64,000 bases of DNA from an uncultured Actinomycetota bacterium (GCA_963705885.1 OY970120.1:3563876-3627875); one strand, 5' to 3'. Shown: positions 17,965 through 27,728, counted from the stretch's first letter. Notes: generated from the sequence alone by a model not told the origin. Program-made: numbers and translations.

Positions 17965-19839
17965 GTGGGTGAGGCCGTCGAGATCCTGGCGCTCGTCGTC
18001 GCGGTGGCGGTGGTCGCCGCCGGCGCGCGACGTCTCGGGCTGAACGCACCCATCGTGCTGGTCGTCGCCGGGGTGCTGGCGTCCTTCGTACCCGGCGTCC
18101 CCGAGTACCGGCTGGACCCCGAGGTCGTGCTGCTCGGCCTGCTGCCGCCGCTGCTCTACGCCGCCGCCATCCGCACGTCGCTGGTCGACTTCCACGCCAA
18201 CCGCCAGGCCATCGGCATCCTCGCGGTCGGTGCCGTGGTGTTCACCGTCGGCGCGGTGGGCCTGGTCGTCTGGGCGGTCGTCCCCGGCGTGCCGCTGGCG
18301 GCGGGGCTGGCGCTCGGCGCCGTCGTCGCCCCACCCGACGCCGTCGCGGCCACGACCATCGCCCGCCGGGTCGGCATGCCACGGCGCATCGTGGCGATCC
18401 TCGAGGGCGAGAGCCTCGTCAACGACGCGACGGCGCTGGTGTCCCTGCGCACGGCCGCCGCGGCCGTCACGGCGACCGCGACGGTCACTGTCTGGTCGGT
18501 CGGCGTCGACTTCGCCCTCGCCGCCGGCGGCGGCATCGCTGTCGGTGGCGTGGTGGCGCTGCTGCTCGGCGCCGCGCGAAAGCGGGTCCAGGACCCGGTG
18601 CTGGACACGACGCTGTCGCTGGCCGCGCCGTTCATCTCGTACCTGCCGGCGGAGGCCATCCACTCCAGCGGCGTCATCGCCGTCGTGGTCACCGGTCTGC
18701 TGCTCGGGCACAAGTCACCTGTGCTGCAGTCGGCCGCGTCCCGGCTCTCCGAGCAGACCAACTGGCGCACGGTGCAGTTCCTGCTCGAGAACGCGGTGTT
18801 CCTGCTCATCGGGCTGCAGGTCGCGGACATCCTGCAGAACGCGCGCGACGACGGGTTCTCGACCGCGCGGCTCGTCGTGATCTGCCTCGTGGTGCTGGTG
18901 GCGACCGTTCTCGCGCGGGTGGTGTGGGTGTTCGGCGCCACGGCGGTCTACCGGTTCGGGCCCCCCTCGCTGCGGGCGCACGCCTGGCAGTGGAGCCACG
19001 CTGCGCTCGTGTCCTGGGCGGGCATGCGCGGAGTGGTGACGCTGGCAGCGGCGTTCATCCTGCCCGGCGAGACCCCGCACCGGGACGTGCTGATCCTCGC
19101 CGCGTTCGCGGTCGTGGCCGGCACCCTGCTCGTCCACGGCACGACGCTGCCGTGGCTGGTCCGCCGGCTCGGCCTGCCGGGCCCGGACCCGACCGAGGAC
19201 GCGCTCGAGGAGGCGGCGCTGCTCTCCCGGGCGACCCGCGCCGGGCTCGCCCGGCTGGACGAGCTGCGCGGCGAGGTCCGCGACCAGTCGGTGCTCGACC
19301 GCCTCGAGGAGCGGGCCCGGTCGCGTGCCGACGCGGCGTGGGAGCGGCTGGGGTCCGGGCAGAGCGGCGAGACGCCGAGCGAGACCTACCGGCGGGTGCG
19401 CCAGGAGATGCTCCACGCCGAGCGGGCCGTGGTGCTCGAGGCGCGGGCGTCGGGCAAGGTGGACGACGAGATCCTGCGGGACGTGCTCGCGCTGCTCGAC
19501 AGCGAGGAGTCACTGCTGGACCGATTGGTCGACAAGGGCAACGCGGTGGGGGCGCAGATGGCGGACCGCGACGCGAGGGTTGAGGCCTGCGAGCACCTGC
19601 GGGAGGCCTCGAGCGGGGTCACGCCGCGTACGTCCGAGGGCTGCGAGGAGTGCCTGCGTGACGGCACCGAGTGGGTGCACCTGCGGCTGTGCCTGGGCTG
19701 CGGCCACGTCGGCTGCTGCGACTCCTCGACCCAACAGCACGCGACGGCGCACAACGCCGCGACGGGACACCCGGTCATCCGCAGCTTCGAGCAGGGCGAG
19801 TCGTGGCGCTGGTGCTACGTCGACGACCGGCTGGGCTGA
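17965..19839 (+). CDS. Na+/H+ antiporter (CPA1) fused to a C-terminal UBP-type zinc finger
   Basis: 624 aa. The N-terminal ~400 aa are polytopic (LEGESLVNDATALV, WAGMRGVVTLAAA). The last ~85 aa read CEHL...CEECL...WVHLRLCLGCGHVGCCDSS..H...H, which resembles zf-UBP. Confidence 0.85.
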   Translation: MGEAVEILALVVAVAVVAAGARRLGLNAPIVLVVAGVLASFVPGVPEYRLDPEVVLLGLLPPLLYAAAIRTSLVDFHANRQAIGILAVGAVVFTVGAVGLVVWAVVPGVPLAAGLALGAVVAPPDAVAATTIARRVGMPRRIVAILEGESLVNDATALVSLRTAAAAVTATATVTVWSVGVDFALAAGGGIAVGGVVALLLGAARKRVQDPVLDTTLSLAAPFISYLPAEAIHSSGVIAVVVTGLLLGHKSPVLQSAASRLSEQTNWRTVQFLLENAVFLLIGLQVADILQNARDDGFSTARLVVICLVVLVATVLARVVWVFGATAVYRFGPPSLRAHAWQWSHAALVSWAGMRGVVTLAAAFILPGETPHRDVLILAAFAVVAGTLLVHGTTLPWLVRRLGLPGPDPTEDALEEAALLSRATRAGLARLDELRGEVRDQSVLDRLEERARSRADAAWERLGSGQSGETPSETYRRVRQEMLHAERAVVLEARASGKVDDEILRDVLALLDSEESLLDRLVDKGNAVGAQMADRDARVEACEHLREASSGVTPRTSEGCEECLRDGTEWVHLRLCLGCGHVGCCDSSTQQHATAHNAATGHPVIRSFEQGESWRWCYVDDRLG

Positions 19840-19845
19840 GCGCGG

Positions 19846-20217
19846 TCAGCTCGCCGGCCAGTCCTCTGCCGAGCGAATGATCCGGCCGGTGAAGAGCCGG
19901 CTGAGGGCCCGTACGGCAGGACCCTGCATCAGGTAGAGCTTGCCGTCGATGATGCGCCAGGACGTCGGGGACGCGTCGGCGGCCTTCCCGAGGCTGTTGC
20001 CGAACGCGCAGTGGCCGCCGACCTGGGGGGCGTACCTGCCCGGGTCATCGGCGAAGCGGTCGGCGTTCTCGGACGACTCGAACCGCCACGTGACGTCGCC
20101 CCACTCCCGCGTGTGCTCGGGGCGGCCGCGGGTCGCCTCGCCGGCGGTGAAGTACGCGACCGGGTCGTAGCCGTTGATGGCGACGCCCTCGGGTGTGGTG
20201 CTGATGGTTGCTGGCAT
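19846..20217 (-). CDS. YHS domain-containing protein
   Basis: AINGYDPVAYFTAGEATRG ... WRFESSENADRFADDPGRYAPQVGGHCAF. Confidence 0.8.
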   Translation of the reverse strand: MPATISTTPEGVAINGYDPVAYFTAGEATRGRPEHTREWGDVTWRFESSENADRFADDPGRYAPQVGGHCAFGNSLGKAADASPTSWRIIDGKLYLMQGPAVRALSRLFTGRIIRSAEDWPAS

Positions 20218-20368
20218 CCCCCGACGCTACAGGTGAGCCACGGCAGGCCCTACCGCGCTATGTGACGGCCGAGCGCGCGAAATTCGCCGCGCCCGGGCGC
20301 CATTGATCACGCTCACGTGATCATTTCGGCGGGGGGGCCGGAGGGCGGCGGGCGGGTCGGCGCGGCGC

Positions 20369-22240
20369 CTAGAGGTCGCGGGCGAAGGAGCGGGACAGCG
20401 GCGAGTCCTTGTAGTGGCCGAAGCCGTCGATCGGCCGGTAGCCGGCGCTGCGGTAGAGCGCGATCGCCTCGGGCTGGGCCAGGCCCGTCTCGAGGACGAC
20501 CCGGCGGTGCCCCTCGTGCCGGGCCCACTGCTCGAGCGCCGCGAGCATGCGCCGGGCGTGACCTCGCCGGCGGTGCTCGACGCGGACGAACATCCGCTTC
20601 ACCTCGACGCTGCCGTCGTCCCGGCGGCGCATGCCGGCGCAGCCGATCGCCACGCCGGCGAGCCGCGCGACCAGGAAGGTGCCGCGCGGCGGCGCGAACT
20701 CGGCAGGGTCGACGGGAGTGTCGTCGCGGCCGCCGTAGCGGCGGACGTACTCCTGCTGCACCTCGTCGATCAGCGACATCGCCAGGTCGGAGTCGAACGC
20801 GACCGCGCACATCTCGACCTGCCCGTCGACGGGCAGCGCCTGCCGGACCAGTGCCGACAGCTCCTCCTCGACCGCGCGGGTGAGCTCACCCGGGTCCGGC
20901 ACCACCTTGCGGTCGGCAGCGACTCCGACGGTCACGTCGCCGGCATAGCTGAGGATGCTCACGCCCAGGCCGATGGTGCCGGCCTGCGGCACCCAGAAGA
21001 CCAGCCGCTCCAGGCGGGCCCCCGCGAGGAACACCGGCTCGCGCGGCCCCGGGACGTTGGTCACGACGGCACTCGACTTCGCCCCGAGGACCCGCACGGC
21101 CAGGCGGTGCGCCCACGACGGCAGCGCGCCGACGATCGCGATGATCGCGAACGTCGAGGCTGCCTGGGCGCCCGCCTTGACCCGCCCCATCCGCTCGCGG
21201 ACGGCGTGCACGCGCGCGACCGGGTCGGGCTCGGAGACGGGCAGGCGGACGAAGACGATGCCGAAGCGGTTGCCCAGCGTCGGCGGCACGGGCTCGCCCG
21301 GGGGCCGCAGGTCGACGGGGACGAAGATGCGCAGGTCGTGCGCCCGGTCGCCGTGCGCCAGCAGGTGCCGGCGCAGCGCACCGGCCGTGACGGCCAGCAG
21401 GACGTCGTTGACGGTGGCGTCGAGCTCGGCCGCGACGCGCTTGAGCAGGCCGAGGTCGAGCAGGCCCGTCCACGACGCGCTCTTGTCGGGCCCCAGGTCG
21501 CCGCTGAGCCGGGTGCGGGGGTCGCGGGCGGCGAAGAGCAGTCCCAGCCCGGTCACCACGACGCGCCAGCCGAAGCGCACCGCCTCCACCGCCTGGCGCA
21601 GGCTGCGTGGCGCGAGGGGATCGACCCCCGTGACCTCCGCGACGTCGGCCGAGCCCTCGGTGACCCGCTGCCTCAGCCCCGGCCGGCGCGGGTCGCGCAG
21701 GTTGGTGCCCACCACCCGCTGGGTCTGCTCCGGCGGCACGTCGGGGTGGTCGTCTGTGAGCGACAGCAGCACGCTCGCCAGGGCGATGCCGTCGGCGATG
21801 CAGTGGTGCAGGCGCGCGACGACGGCGGAGCGCGCCTCGTCGTCGGCGTGCCGCGGCGGTACGTCGACCAGGTGGAACTGCCACGGCGAGTGCCGCATGT
21901 CCAGCGGTCGCCCCAGCAGCCCGGCCACCACGGCCTTGAGGGCGTCGTCGTCGACGGCGTGCCCCGCCTCGACGACGTGCCGGTCCAGCGCGAAGTCCGG
22001 GTCCTCGGCCCACACCGGCTGCTCGAACGGGCTGCGCGTGGGCAGCGGCCGCATCGAGAACTTGGGGAACCTCGCGAGCAGCCGGTGCTCCAGCACCTTC
22101 GCGAGCCGCTCGCGGTCGACGGCCTCGTCGAGGTGCAGCACGGCGGTGACCATCATCAGGTTGTCGGGTGAGTCCATGCCGAGCCAGGCGGCGTCGACGT
22201 TGGACATCCGCACCGGCGACGCCGGGGCACGCGCCGTCAC
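20369..22240 (-). CDS. Wax ester synthase/diacylglycerol acyltransferase (WS/DGAT) fused in frame to a C-terminal GNAT acetyltransferase
   Basis: The N-terminal 476 aa carry the HHCIADGIAL active-site motif and NVPGP. From the internal Met at 20812 the sequence is GNAT-like (VRVEHRRRGHARRMLAALEQWARHEGHRRVVLETG ... ALYRSAGY). There is no stop between the two parts. Confidence 0.85.
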   Translation of the reverse strand: MTARAPASPVRMSNVDAAWLGMDSPDNLMMVTAVLHLDEAVDRERLAKVLEHRLLARFPKFSMRPLPTRSPFEQPVWAEDPDFALDRHVVEAGHAVDDDALKAVVAGLLGRPLDMRHSPWQFHLVDVPPRHADDEARSAVVARLHHCIADGIALASVLLSLTDDHPDVPPEQTQRVVGTNLRDPRRPGLRQRVTEGSADVAEVTGVDPLAPRSLRQAVEAVRFGWRVVVTGLGLLFAARDPRTRLSGDLGPDKSASWTGLLDLGLLKRVAAELDATVNDVLLAVTAGALRRHLLAHGDRAHDLRIFVPVDLRPPGEPVPPTLGNRFGIVFVRLPVSEPDPVARVHAVRERMGRVKAGAQAASTFAIIAIVGALPSWAHRLAVRVLGAKSSAVVTNVPGPREPVFLAGARLERLVFWVPQAGTIGLGVSILSYAGDVTVGVAADRKVVPDPGELTRAVEEELSALVRQALPVDGQVEMCAVAFDSDLAMSLIDEVQQEYVRRYGGRDDTPVDPAEFAPPRGTFLVARLAGVAIGCAGMRRRDDGSVEVKRMFVRVEHRRRGHARRMLAALEQWARHEGHRRVVLETGLAQPEAIALYRSAGYRPIDGFGHYKDSPLSRSFARDL

Positions 22241-23337
22241 GACGACCCCGGCCGGCGTCGGCGCCGCTCGGCCGCGCGGGCCCGCGCCCGACGGAACCGC
22301 CGCGCGAACGGCCGGGCCAGGTCCGCCGCCCCGACGAGTCCGGCCGTGTTGCCCATCTCGGCCCGGACCACCCCGGCGACCGGGCGGAAGGACCGGCCGG
22401 TCAGCGAGCGCTGGAAGCTGTCGCGGGCCGGGCCGAGGAGCAGGTCACCGGCCTCGGAGAGCCCTCCGCCGACGACGAACAGGCCGGGGTCCAGCGCGGC
22501 GGCGAGGTTGGCGATGCCGACGCCGAGCCAGTCGCCCACCTCCTGCACCAGCTCGCGGGCGGCCGGGTCGCCGTCCTGCGCCAGCGACGTAACGAGCGGG
22601 CCGGTGATCGCCGCGACGTCGCCCCCTGCCCGGTCGAGCATCGCCTGCGCGACCGGCGAGCCCGCCGCCGCCAGCTCGCGCGCCTCCCGCACCAGCGCGT
22701 TGCCCGACGCGTACTGCTCCCAGCACCCCCGGTTCCCGCACTCGCACCGGCGCCCCTGCGGCACGACCTGCATGTGGCCGAACTCGCCCGCGACGCCGTG
22801 GCGGCCGCGCACCAGCGACCCGTTGACGAGGATGGAACCGCCGATGCCGGTGCCGAGGTTCACGCACACCACGTGGGTCGCCCCGCGCGCCGCCCCGAAC
22901 CGCCACTCGGCCCACAGCGCGGCGTTCGCGTCGTTCTCGACGACGACCGGCAGCCGCAGCCGGCTGCTGATCGCCTCGCGCAACGGCTCGTTGCGCCACG
23001 ACAGGTGGGGGGCGAACAGGACGTGCGAGCGCGTCGCGTCGACGAACCCGGCGGCGCCGATGCCGACCGCGTGCACGTCGTGGCGCTGCGACAGGTCGTG
23101 GACCGCGTCGACGATGGTGTCCTCGACCACGTCGGGGGTCTTGGTGCGGTCCGGCGTCTCGCGCCGGACCTGCTCGATCACCTCGCCGTCGTAGGTCACG
23201 ACCCCCGCGGCCACCTTGGTGCCACCGATGTCGACCCCGACGGTCAGCAGCGGCAGGGTCAACGGGCTGTGCCGGGGCGGCCGCACCGACTCGTCGCGCC
23301 CGGCCCGCCCGAGCAGGTGCGGACGGCGCTCGGTCAC
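22237..23337 (-). CDS. glk: ROK family glucokinase
   Basis: VGVDIGGTKVAAGVV, ENDANAALWAE, GTGIGGS, GEFGH and the zinc motif CECGNRGCWEQY. 4-nt overlap with the WS/DGAT start. The true start may lie downstream of 23337. Confidence 0.82.
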   Translation of the reverse strand: MTERRPHLLGRAGRDESVRPPRHSPLTLPLLTVGVDIGGTKVAAGVVTYDGEVIEQVRRETPDRTKTPDVVEDTIVDAVHDLSQRHDVHAVGIGAAGFVDATRSHVLFAPHLSWRNEPLREAISSRLRLPVVVENDANAALWAEWRFGAARGATHVVCVNLGTGIGGSILVNGSLVRGRHGVAGEFGHMQVVPQGRRCECGNRGCWEQYASGNALVREARELAAAGSPVAQAMLDRAGGDVAAITGPLVTSLAQDGDPAARELVQEVGDWLGVGIANLAAALDPGLFVVGGGLSEAGDLLLGPARDSFQRSLTGRSFRPVAGVVRAEMGNTAGLVGAADLARPFARRFRRARARAAERRRRRPGSS

Positions 23338-23392
23338 CGTCGCAGACTACCCAGCGGCCGCGCCGATGCCGCGCCCTGCGACACCGCCGGGC

Positions 23393-24031
23393 ATGCTGTG
23401 CGACATGGCGGTGTACCGGGACCACGTCCTGCCGAGGATCCAGGACCGGCTGCTGGGCCTCGGCGAGACGAGGGCGATCCGCAGCCGCGTCTGCGCCGGG
23501 CTCGCGGGCGACGTCGTGGAGGTCGGCTTCGGCAGCGGCCACAACCTGCCCTACCTGCCCGCCGGCGTGTCGGGGCTGTGGGCCGTCGATCCCTCCGTCG
23601 TCGGGAGGCGGCTCTCGCGGGCCCGCCGCGACCGGTCGCCCGTCCCCGTCGTCTTCTCCGGCCCGGACGGGGAGGTGCTCCCCTTCGCCGACGACCGGTT
23701 CGACGCCGCGCTCTCGACCTGGACGCTGTGCACGATCCCCGACGCCGTGGCGGCGCTGCGTGAGCTGCGGCGGGTGCTGCGTCCGGGCGGACGGCTGCAC
23801 CTCGCCGAGCACGGCCTTGCGCCGGACCGGACGGTCGCGACGTGGCAGCGGCGCGGCACCCCGCTGCAGCGCCGGCTCGCCGGCGGCTGCCACCTCGACC
23901 GCGACATCCCGGCCCTGCTCGAGGCGGGCGGGTTCACCGTAGAGGTGCTGGACACCTACTACGAGCGGTCCGCACCCAAGGTGCTCGGGCACATGTACGA
24001 GGGCCGGGCGCGCGTTGCACCGACGGCATAG
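23393..24031 (+). CDS. Class I SAM-dependent methyltransferase
   Basis: VVEVGFGSGHNLPYL (motif I), FDAALSTWTLCTIPD, LRPGGRLHLAEHG. An alternative ATG lies at 23405. Confidence 0.8.
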   Translation: MLCDMAVYRDHVLPRIQDRLLGLGETRAIRSRVCAGLAGDVVEVGFGSGHNLPYLPAGVSGLWAVDPSVVGRRLSRARRDRSPVPVVFSGPDGEVLPFADDRFDAALSTWTLCTIPDAVAALRELRRVLRPGGRLHLAEHGLAPDRTVATWQRRGTPLQRRLAGGCHLDRDIPALLEAGGFTVEVLDTYYERSAPKVLGHMYEGRARVAPTA

Positions 24032-24077
24032 GCTCGTCCTGCCGTAACGTCTGACGCGCGGCGCGGGACGGAGTGCG

Positions 24078-24755
24078 ATGGACGACGCACGCGACGGGCG
24101 CGGCCGCGCCGGTACGCCCTTGGCGCGCCGGCTGGCGTGGCTGGTCGGCGTCCCGGCGACCCTCGTGTTCCTCCTCGCGGGCCTGTGGCTCTTCGCCGGC
24201 GTCCTCGCGCCCGGCTACTACTCGTCGTTCGTGCTGTCGGCCGTGTGGTTCGTGCTGGCACTGCTCGCGCTGGGCATGGTCCGGCGCCGGGTTCCGGTGC
24301 TGAACCGGCCCTTGCAGCTGACCTACCTCACCACCGCGGTCGTCCTGGTCGTGGTCGTGTCGCTCACGACGTTCCGCGACGACACCGTCGACGAGCAGGT
24401 CGTCGCCGCCGGAGCCGGGAACGAGCGGGTGGCGAGCGGCGAGTTCAGCGGGGTGGCGCACGACGCGTCGGGAACGGCCGCCCTGGTGCGCCTCGCCGAC
24501 GGCTCGACGAAGCTCACGTTCACCGACCTCGACACCGACAACGGCCCGGACCTGCGCGTCTACCTCGTCGCGGGCGACGTCGAGAGCGACGGCGACGTCC
24601 AGGACTTCCAGGACCTCGGGACGCTCAAGGGCAACAGGGGCACCCAGCAGTACGCCGTGCCGGCGGACGTCGACCTCGACCGCTACACCACCGTCGTCGT
24701 CTGGTGCCGTGCCTTCTCCATCGCGTTCGCCACGGCTCCGCTCGAGAGTGCCTGA
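24078..24755 (+). CDS. Membrane-anchored DM13 domain protein
   Basis: Three N-terminal hydrophobic helices. Then GEFSGVAHDASGTAALVRLADGSTKLTFTDLDTDNGPDLRVYLV ... LKGNRGTQQYAVP ... VVVWCRAFSIAFATAPL, as I recall for DM13. Confidence 0.75.
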   Translation: MDDARDGRGRAGTPLARRLAWLVGVPATLVFLLAGLWLFAGVLAPGYYSSFVLSAVWFVLALLALGMVRRRVPVLNRPLQLTYLTTAVVLVVVVSLTTFRDDTVDEQVVAAGAGNERVASGEFSGVAHDASGTAALVRLADGSTKLTFTDLDTDNGPDLRVYLVAGDVESDGDVQDFQDLGTLKGNRGTQQYAVPADVDLDRYTTVVVWCRAFSIAFATAPLESA

Positions 24756-26197
24756 TGCGCTACGACCTCGTGGTCGTGGGGATGGGCTCGGGTGGCCTCG
24801 TCGCCGCCGAGTTCGCCGCGTCGATCGGGCTGAAGGTGGCGGCCGTCGAGCGCGACCGGGTCGGCGGCGACTGCCTGTGGACCGGCTGCGTGCCGTCCAA
24901 GGCACTCCTCGCGGCGGCCAAGACCGCGCACCACATGCGCACGGCCGACCGCTTCGGGCTCGACCCCGTCGAGCCCGAGATCGACCTCGGGCGCGTCTGG
25001 AAGAGGGTGCGCCAGGTCCAGCAGGACATCGCCACCACCGACGACGACCCGCAGCGCTACCGGGAGATGGGGGTGGAGGTCGTCCTCGGCGAGGCCACGC
25101 TGACCGGCCCGCACTCCGTCGAGGTGGACGAGCGCGACCTGACGACGCGGTTCGTCCTCGTGTGCACGGGCAGCACCCCGGCCGAGCCGGACCTCCCCGG
25201 ACTGCGCGAGGCGGACTACCTCACCAGCGAGACGTTCTTCGACATCGACCGCCCGCCACGCAGCATCGTCGTGGTCGGCGGGGGCCCGATCGCCGTGGAG
25301 ATGGCCCAGGCACTCACCCGGCTCGGCGTCCACGTGACCCTGCTGCAGCGCGGTGACCGCATCCTGCCCCGCGACGAGCCGGAGCTCGCCGACCTGCTCA
25401 TGGCCACTCTGCGCGCGGAGGGCGTCCGGCTGGAGGTCGGCGTGACCACCGAACGGGTCACCGTGGAGGACGGGCGCAAGGTGGTGCACGGGACGCAGGC
25501 CGGTCGACCACACCGCTGGGAGGGCGAGGAGATCCTCGTCGCTGCCGGCCGACGTCCCACGGTGGACGGCCTCGGCCTGCACAAGGTCGGCGTCACGACG
25601 TCGGTCCGCGGCATCGTCGTCGACGACCGGCTCCGCACGAGCGTCCCGTCGGTCTACGCCGCCGGGGACGTGGCGGGGCGCTACCTGTTCACGCACTCGG
25701 CCGGCTACGAGGCGGTCCTCGCCGTGCGCAACATGGTCTTCCCCGGCTCGTCGACCCCCACGAGCCAGGTGCCCTGGGCCACCTTCACCGACCCCGAGCT
25801 GGCGCACGTCGGCCTCACCGTCGAGGAGGCCCGCGCCGAGCACGGCGACGACGTGGAGGTCGCGCGCGCGGACCTCGGCCACTCGGACCGGGCCCGAGCG
25901 GACGGCACGACCGAGGGACGGGTGCTGCTCGTGACGGCGAAGGGGCGCCTCGTCGGAGCGCACATCCTGGCGCCGAGCGCCGGCGAGATGATCCACGAGC
26001 CGGCGCTCGCGATCCACCAGAGGATGAGGCTGCGCGACCTGGCCCAGCTGATCCACGTCTACCCGACGCTGAGCACCTCGACGAACCTGCTCGCCGCCGA
26101 GGCCTCCTACGTCCGGGCCCGCCGCCTGTCCTGGCTGACCCGGCTCACGCCAGGATCGCGTGCGCGACGGGCGCCGCGAACGACCGGCACCAGATGA
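24755..26197 (+). CDS. Class I pyridine nucleotide-disulfide oxidoreductase (mercuric/dihydrolipoyl reductase-like)
   Basis: [12 protein letters not shown], redox-active [13 protein letters not shown], second Rossmann [16 protein letters not shown], and an HVYPTLS dimerisation region. Its ATG overlaps the DM13 TGA (ATGA). Confidence 0.9.
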   Translation: MRYDLVVVGMGSGGLVAAEFAASIGLKVAAVERDRVGGDCLWTGCVPSKALLAAAKTAHHMRTADRFGLDPVEPEIDLGRVWKRVRQVQQDIATTDDDPQRYREMGVEVVLGEATLTGPHSVEVDERDLTTRFVLVCTGSTPAEPDLPGLREADYLTSETFFDIDRPPRSIVVVGGGPIAVEMAQALTRLGVHVTLLQRGDRILPRDEPELADLLMATLRAEGVRLEVGVTTERVTVEDGRKVVHGTQAGRPHRWEGEEILVAAGRRPTVDGLGLHKVGVTTSVRGIVVDDRLRTSVPSVYAAGDVAGRYLFTHSAGYEAVLAVRNMVFPGSSTPTSQVPWATFTDPELAHVGLTVEEARAEHGDDVEVARADLGHSDRARADGTTEGRVLLVTAKGRLVGAHILAPSAGEMIHEPALAIHQRMRLRDLAQLIHVYPTLSTSTNLLAAEASYVRARRLSWLTRLTPGSRARRAPRTTGTR

Positions 26198-26903
26198 GCA
26201 CCGTCTGCTCTCCCCCGACATCCGTCCTGCGCGGCACGTCGTAGTTCTGGTTCCCCTTGTTGCCCTTGAGCGAGCCCAGGAAGGTGCCGCCGTCGGGGTC
26301 GGTGGCGGCACGGCCGGGCACGACGTAGACGACGTAGTCGGGCCCCGGCTGGACGTCGAGGTTCTCGAACCGGACGATCACGTCCCCGTCCGGCAGCTCG
26401 ATGAGCCGCGCCCGGCCGGACGCCTCGTAGTCCAGGCTGCGCATGCGACCCTGCCCCAGCAGGGTCGCGGCCGGCGCGGAAGCCTCCGGCGAGGACTCGC
26501 CCTGCGGGGTCGACCCCGTCGGCGACGGGGAGGGCGTGGCGGGGAGCGACCCGGTCGGGGTCGGCGACGGGGACGCGCCGGACCGCGGGACCACCGCCAC
26601 GTCGAGCTCCTCGTCGACCTCCGTGTCGAAGGCGCTGGGCAGGACGGTCACGGCGAGCACCGCCACCACGAGCAGCGCCTGCGCGCCCCGCGCCGGCCAC
26701 GGCCAGCGCGGCCCCGCGAACCGCCCGACGGCCACGACCAGGACGATGACCACGACGACGAAGAGCAGGGCACGCGGCGTGGTGAGCGTCGACCGCACGA
26801 GCTCGGGGTTCCACAGGTAGGTGCCGCCGAGCACGACCGCCGAGAGCCCGGCAGCGACCAGCAGCCGCCGACCGCGCGGGCCGGGCCCGTCAGAGCTGTC
26901 CAT
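26145..26903 (-). CDS. Membrane-anchored DM13 domain protein (paralog)
   Basis: N-terminal helices and a Ser/Pro/Thr-rich linker. Then [44 protein letters not shown] ... [13 protein letters not shown] ... [16 protein letters not shown]. Its 3' end overlaps the reductase 3' end by 53 nt. Confidence 0.75.
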   Translation of the reverse strand: MDSSDGPGPRGRRLLVAAGLSAVVLGGTYLWNPELVRSTLTTPRALLFVVVVIVLVVAVGRFAGPRWPWPARGAQALLVVAVLAVTVLPSAFDTEVDEELDVAVVPRSGASPSPTPTGSLPATPSPSPTGSTPQGESSPEASAPAATLLGQGRMRSLDYEASGRARLIELPDGDVIVRFENLDVQPGPDYVVYVVPGRAATDPDGGTFLGSLKGNKGNQNYDVPRRTDVGGEQTVLIWCRSFAAPVAHAILA

Positions 26904-26990
26904 GCCGTCCTTCCGTCCGGCGCGTCACCGCGCGGCGCCCGTCCGCACCGTAGCCGACCGGCACGGACGGGCCCCCGCGAGCAGGTCCCG

Positions 26991-27728
26991 TCAGCGGACC
27001 CGCACGACCTTGATCTTCGCGACCGGTGCCGAGGTGTCCCAGCCGTGCAGGGCCGGGTCCAGGTCGACGCCACCGACGACACCGGCGTGGTGGGTGATGA
27101 CCCCGCCCTCGGCGAGGGCCGGGTTCGACATGCCGCTGCCGGGCTCGACCGGCGCCGGCAGTGTCAGCCCCTGGCACGGCGGCACGATGTCGGCGAAGTC
27201 CTCGGTGTTGACCTCGCTGCCCGCGTCGTAGCCGGCCGTCCGCTCGGTGACCCGGTCGCCGACGTGCCGCGGGAGCCGAAGCCCGTCGACACCGGTGAAG
27301 CCGTCGTTCGTGCAGATCAGCATCGAGACCCAGGACAGGCGCTTCGCGCCGCGGTCGGCCTTGATGCGGAACGTCACCGACCGGTCGAACATCGCAGCGC
27401 CCGGCAGCGTGGGACCGACGAGCGGCGCGTCGGCCGCGAACACGTCGGCAACGCGCCGGGATCGCTCCAGGCGGGCCTGGAGCGGCGCGAGGTTGCCGTT
27501 CTCGGCGATCTCCCGCACGCCTCGCCGCGCCCGGTCGCCGACGTCGAACACGTCGAAGGACCGGCGGTGGGTCGCGACGAGCGGTGGGGTCAGCGGCTGA
27601 CCCGCCGCCCGGACGGTGATCTTGACGCGGTAGTGCCGGGCTCCGTCTGCCTGGGCAGGAGGCGAGACCAGCCCCCCGGCGATGCATGCGGCGGCGGTCA
27701 GCGTGACGACCTTCGTGGTCCGACTCAT
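26991..27728 (-). CDS. Secreted spondin_N domain protein
   Basis: From MSRTTKVVTLTAAACIAGGLVSPPAQA (signal peptide). Contains PPLVATHRRSFDVF and SWVSMLICTNDGFTG, as I recall for spondin_N. GAGAGGAA lies upstream of the ATG. Confidence 0.7.
   Translation of the reverse strand: MSRTTKVVTLTAAACIAGGLVSPPAQADGARHYRVKITVRAAGQPLTPPLVATHRRSFDVFDVGDRARRGVREIAENGNLAPLQARLERSRRVADVFAADAPLVGPTLPGAAMFDRSVTFRIKADRGAKRLSWVSMLICTNDGFTGVDGLRLPRHVGDRVTERTAGYDAGSEVNTEDFADIVPPCQGLTLPAPVEPGSGMSNPALAEGGVITHHAGVVGGVDLDPALHGWDTSAPVAKIKVVRVR

Noticed and set aside
17185-18711. A 508-aa minus-strand ORF
   Set aside because: It is antisense to the FMN reductase and the Na+/H+ antiporter. It is dominated by D, R, G and H repeats with no motifs.
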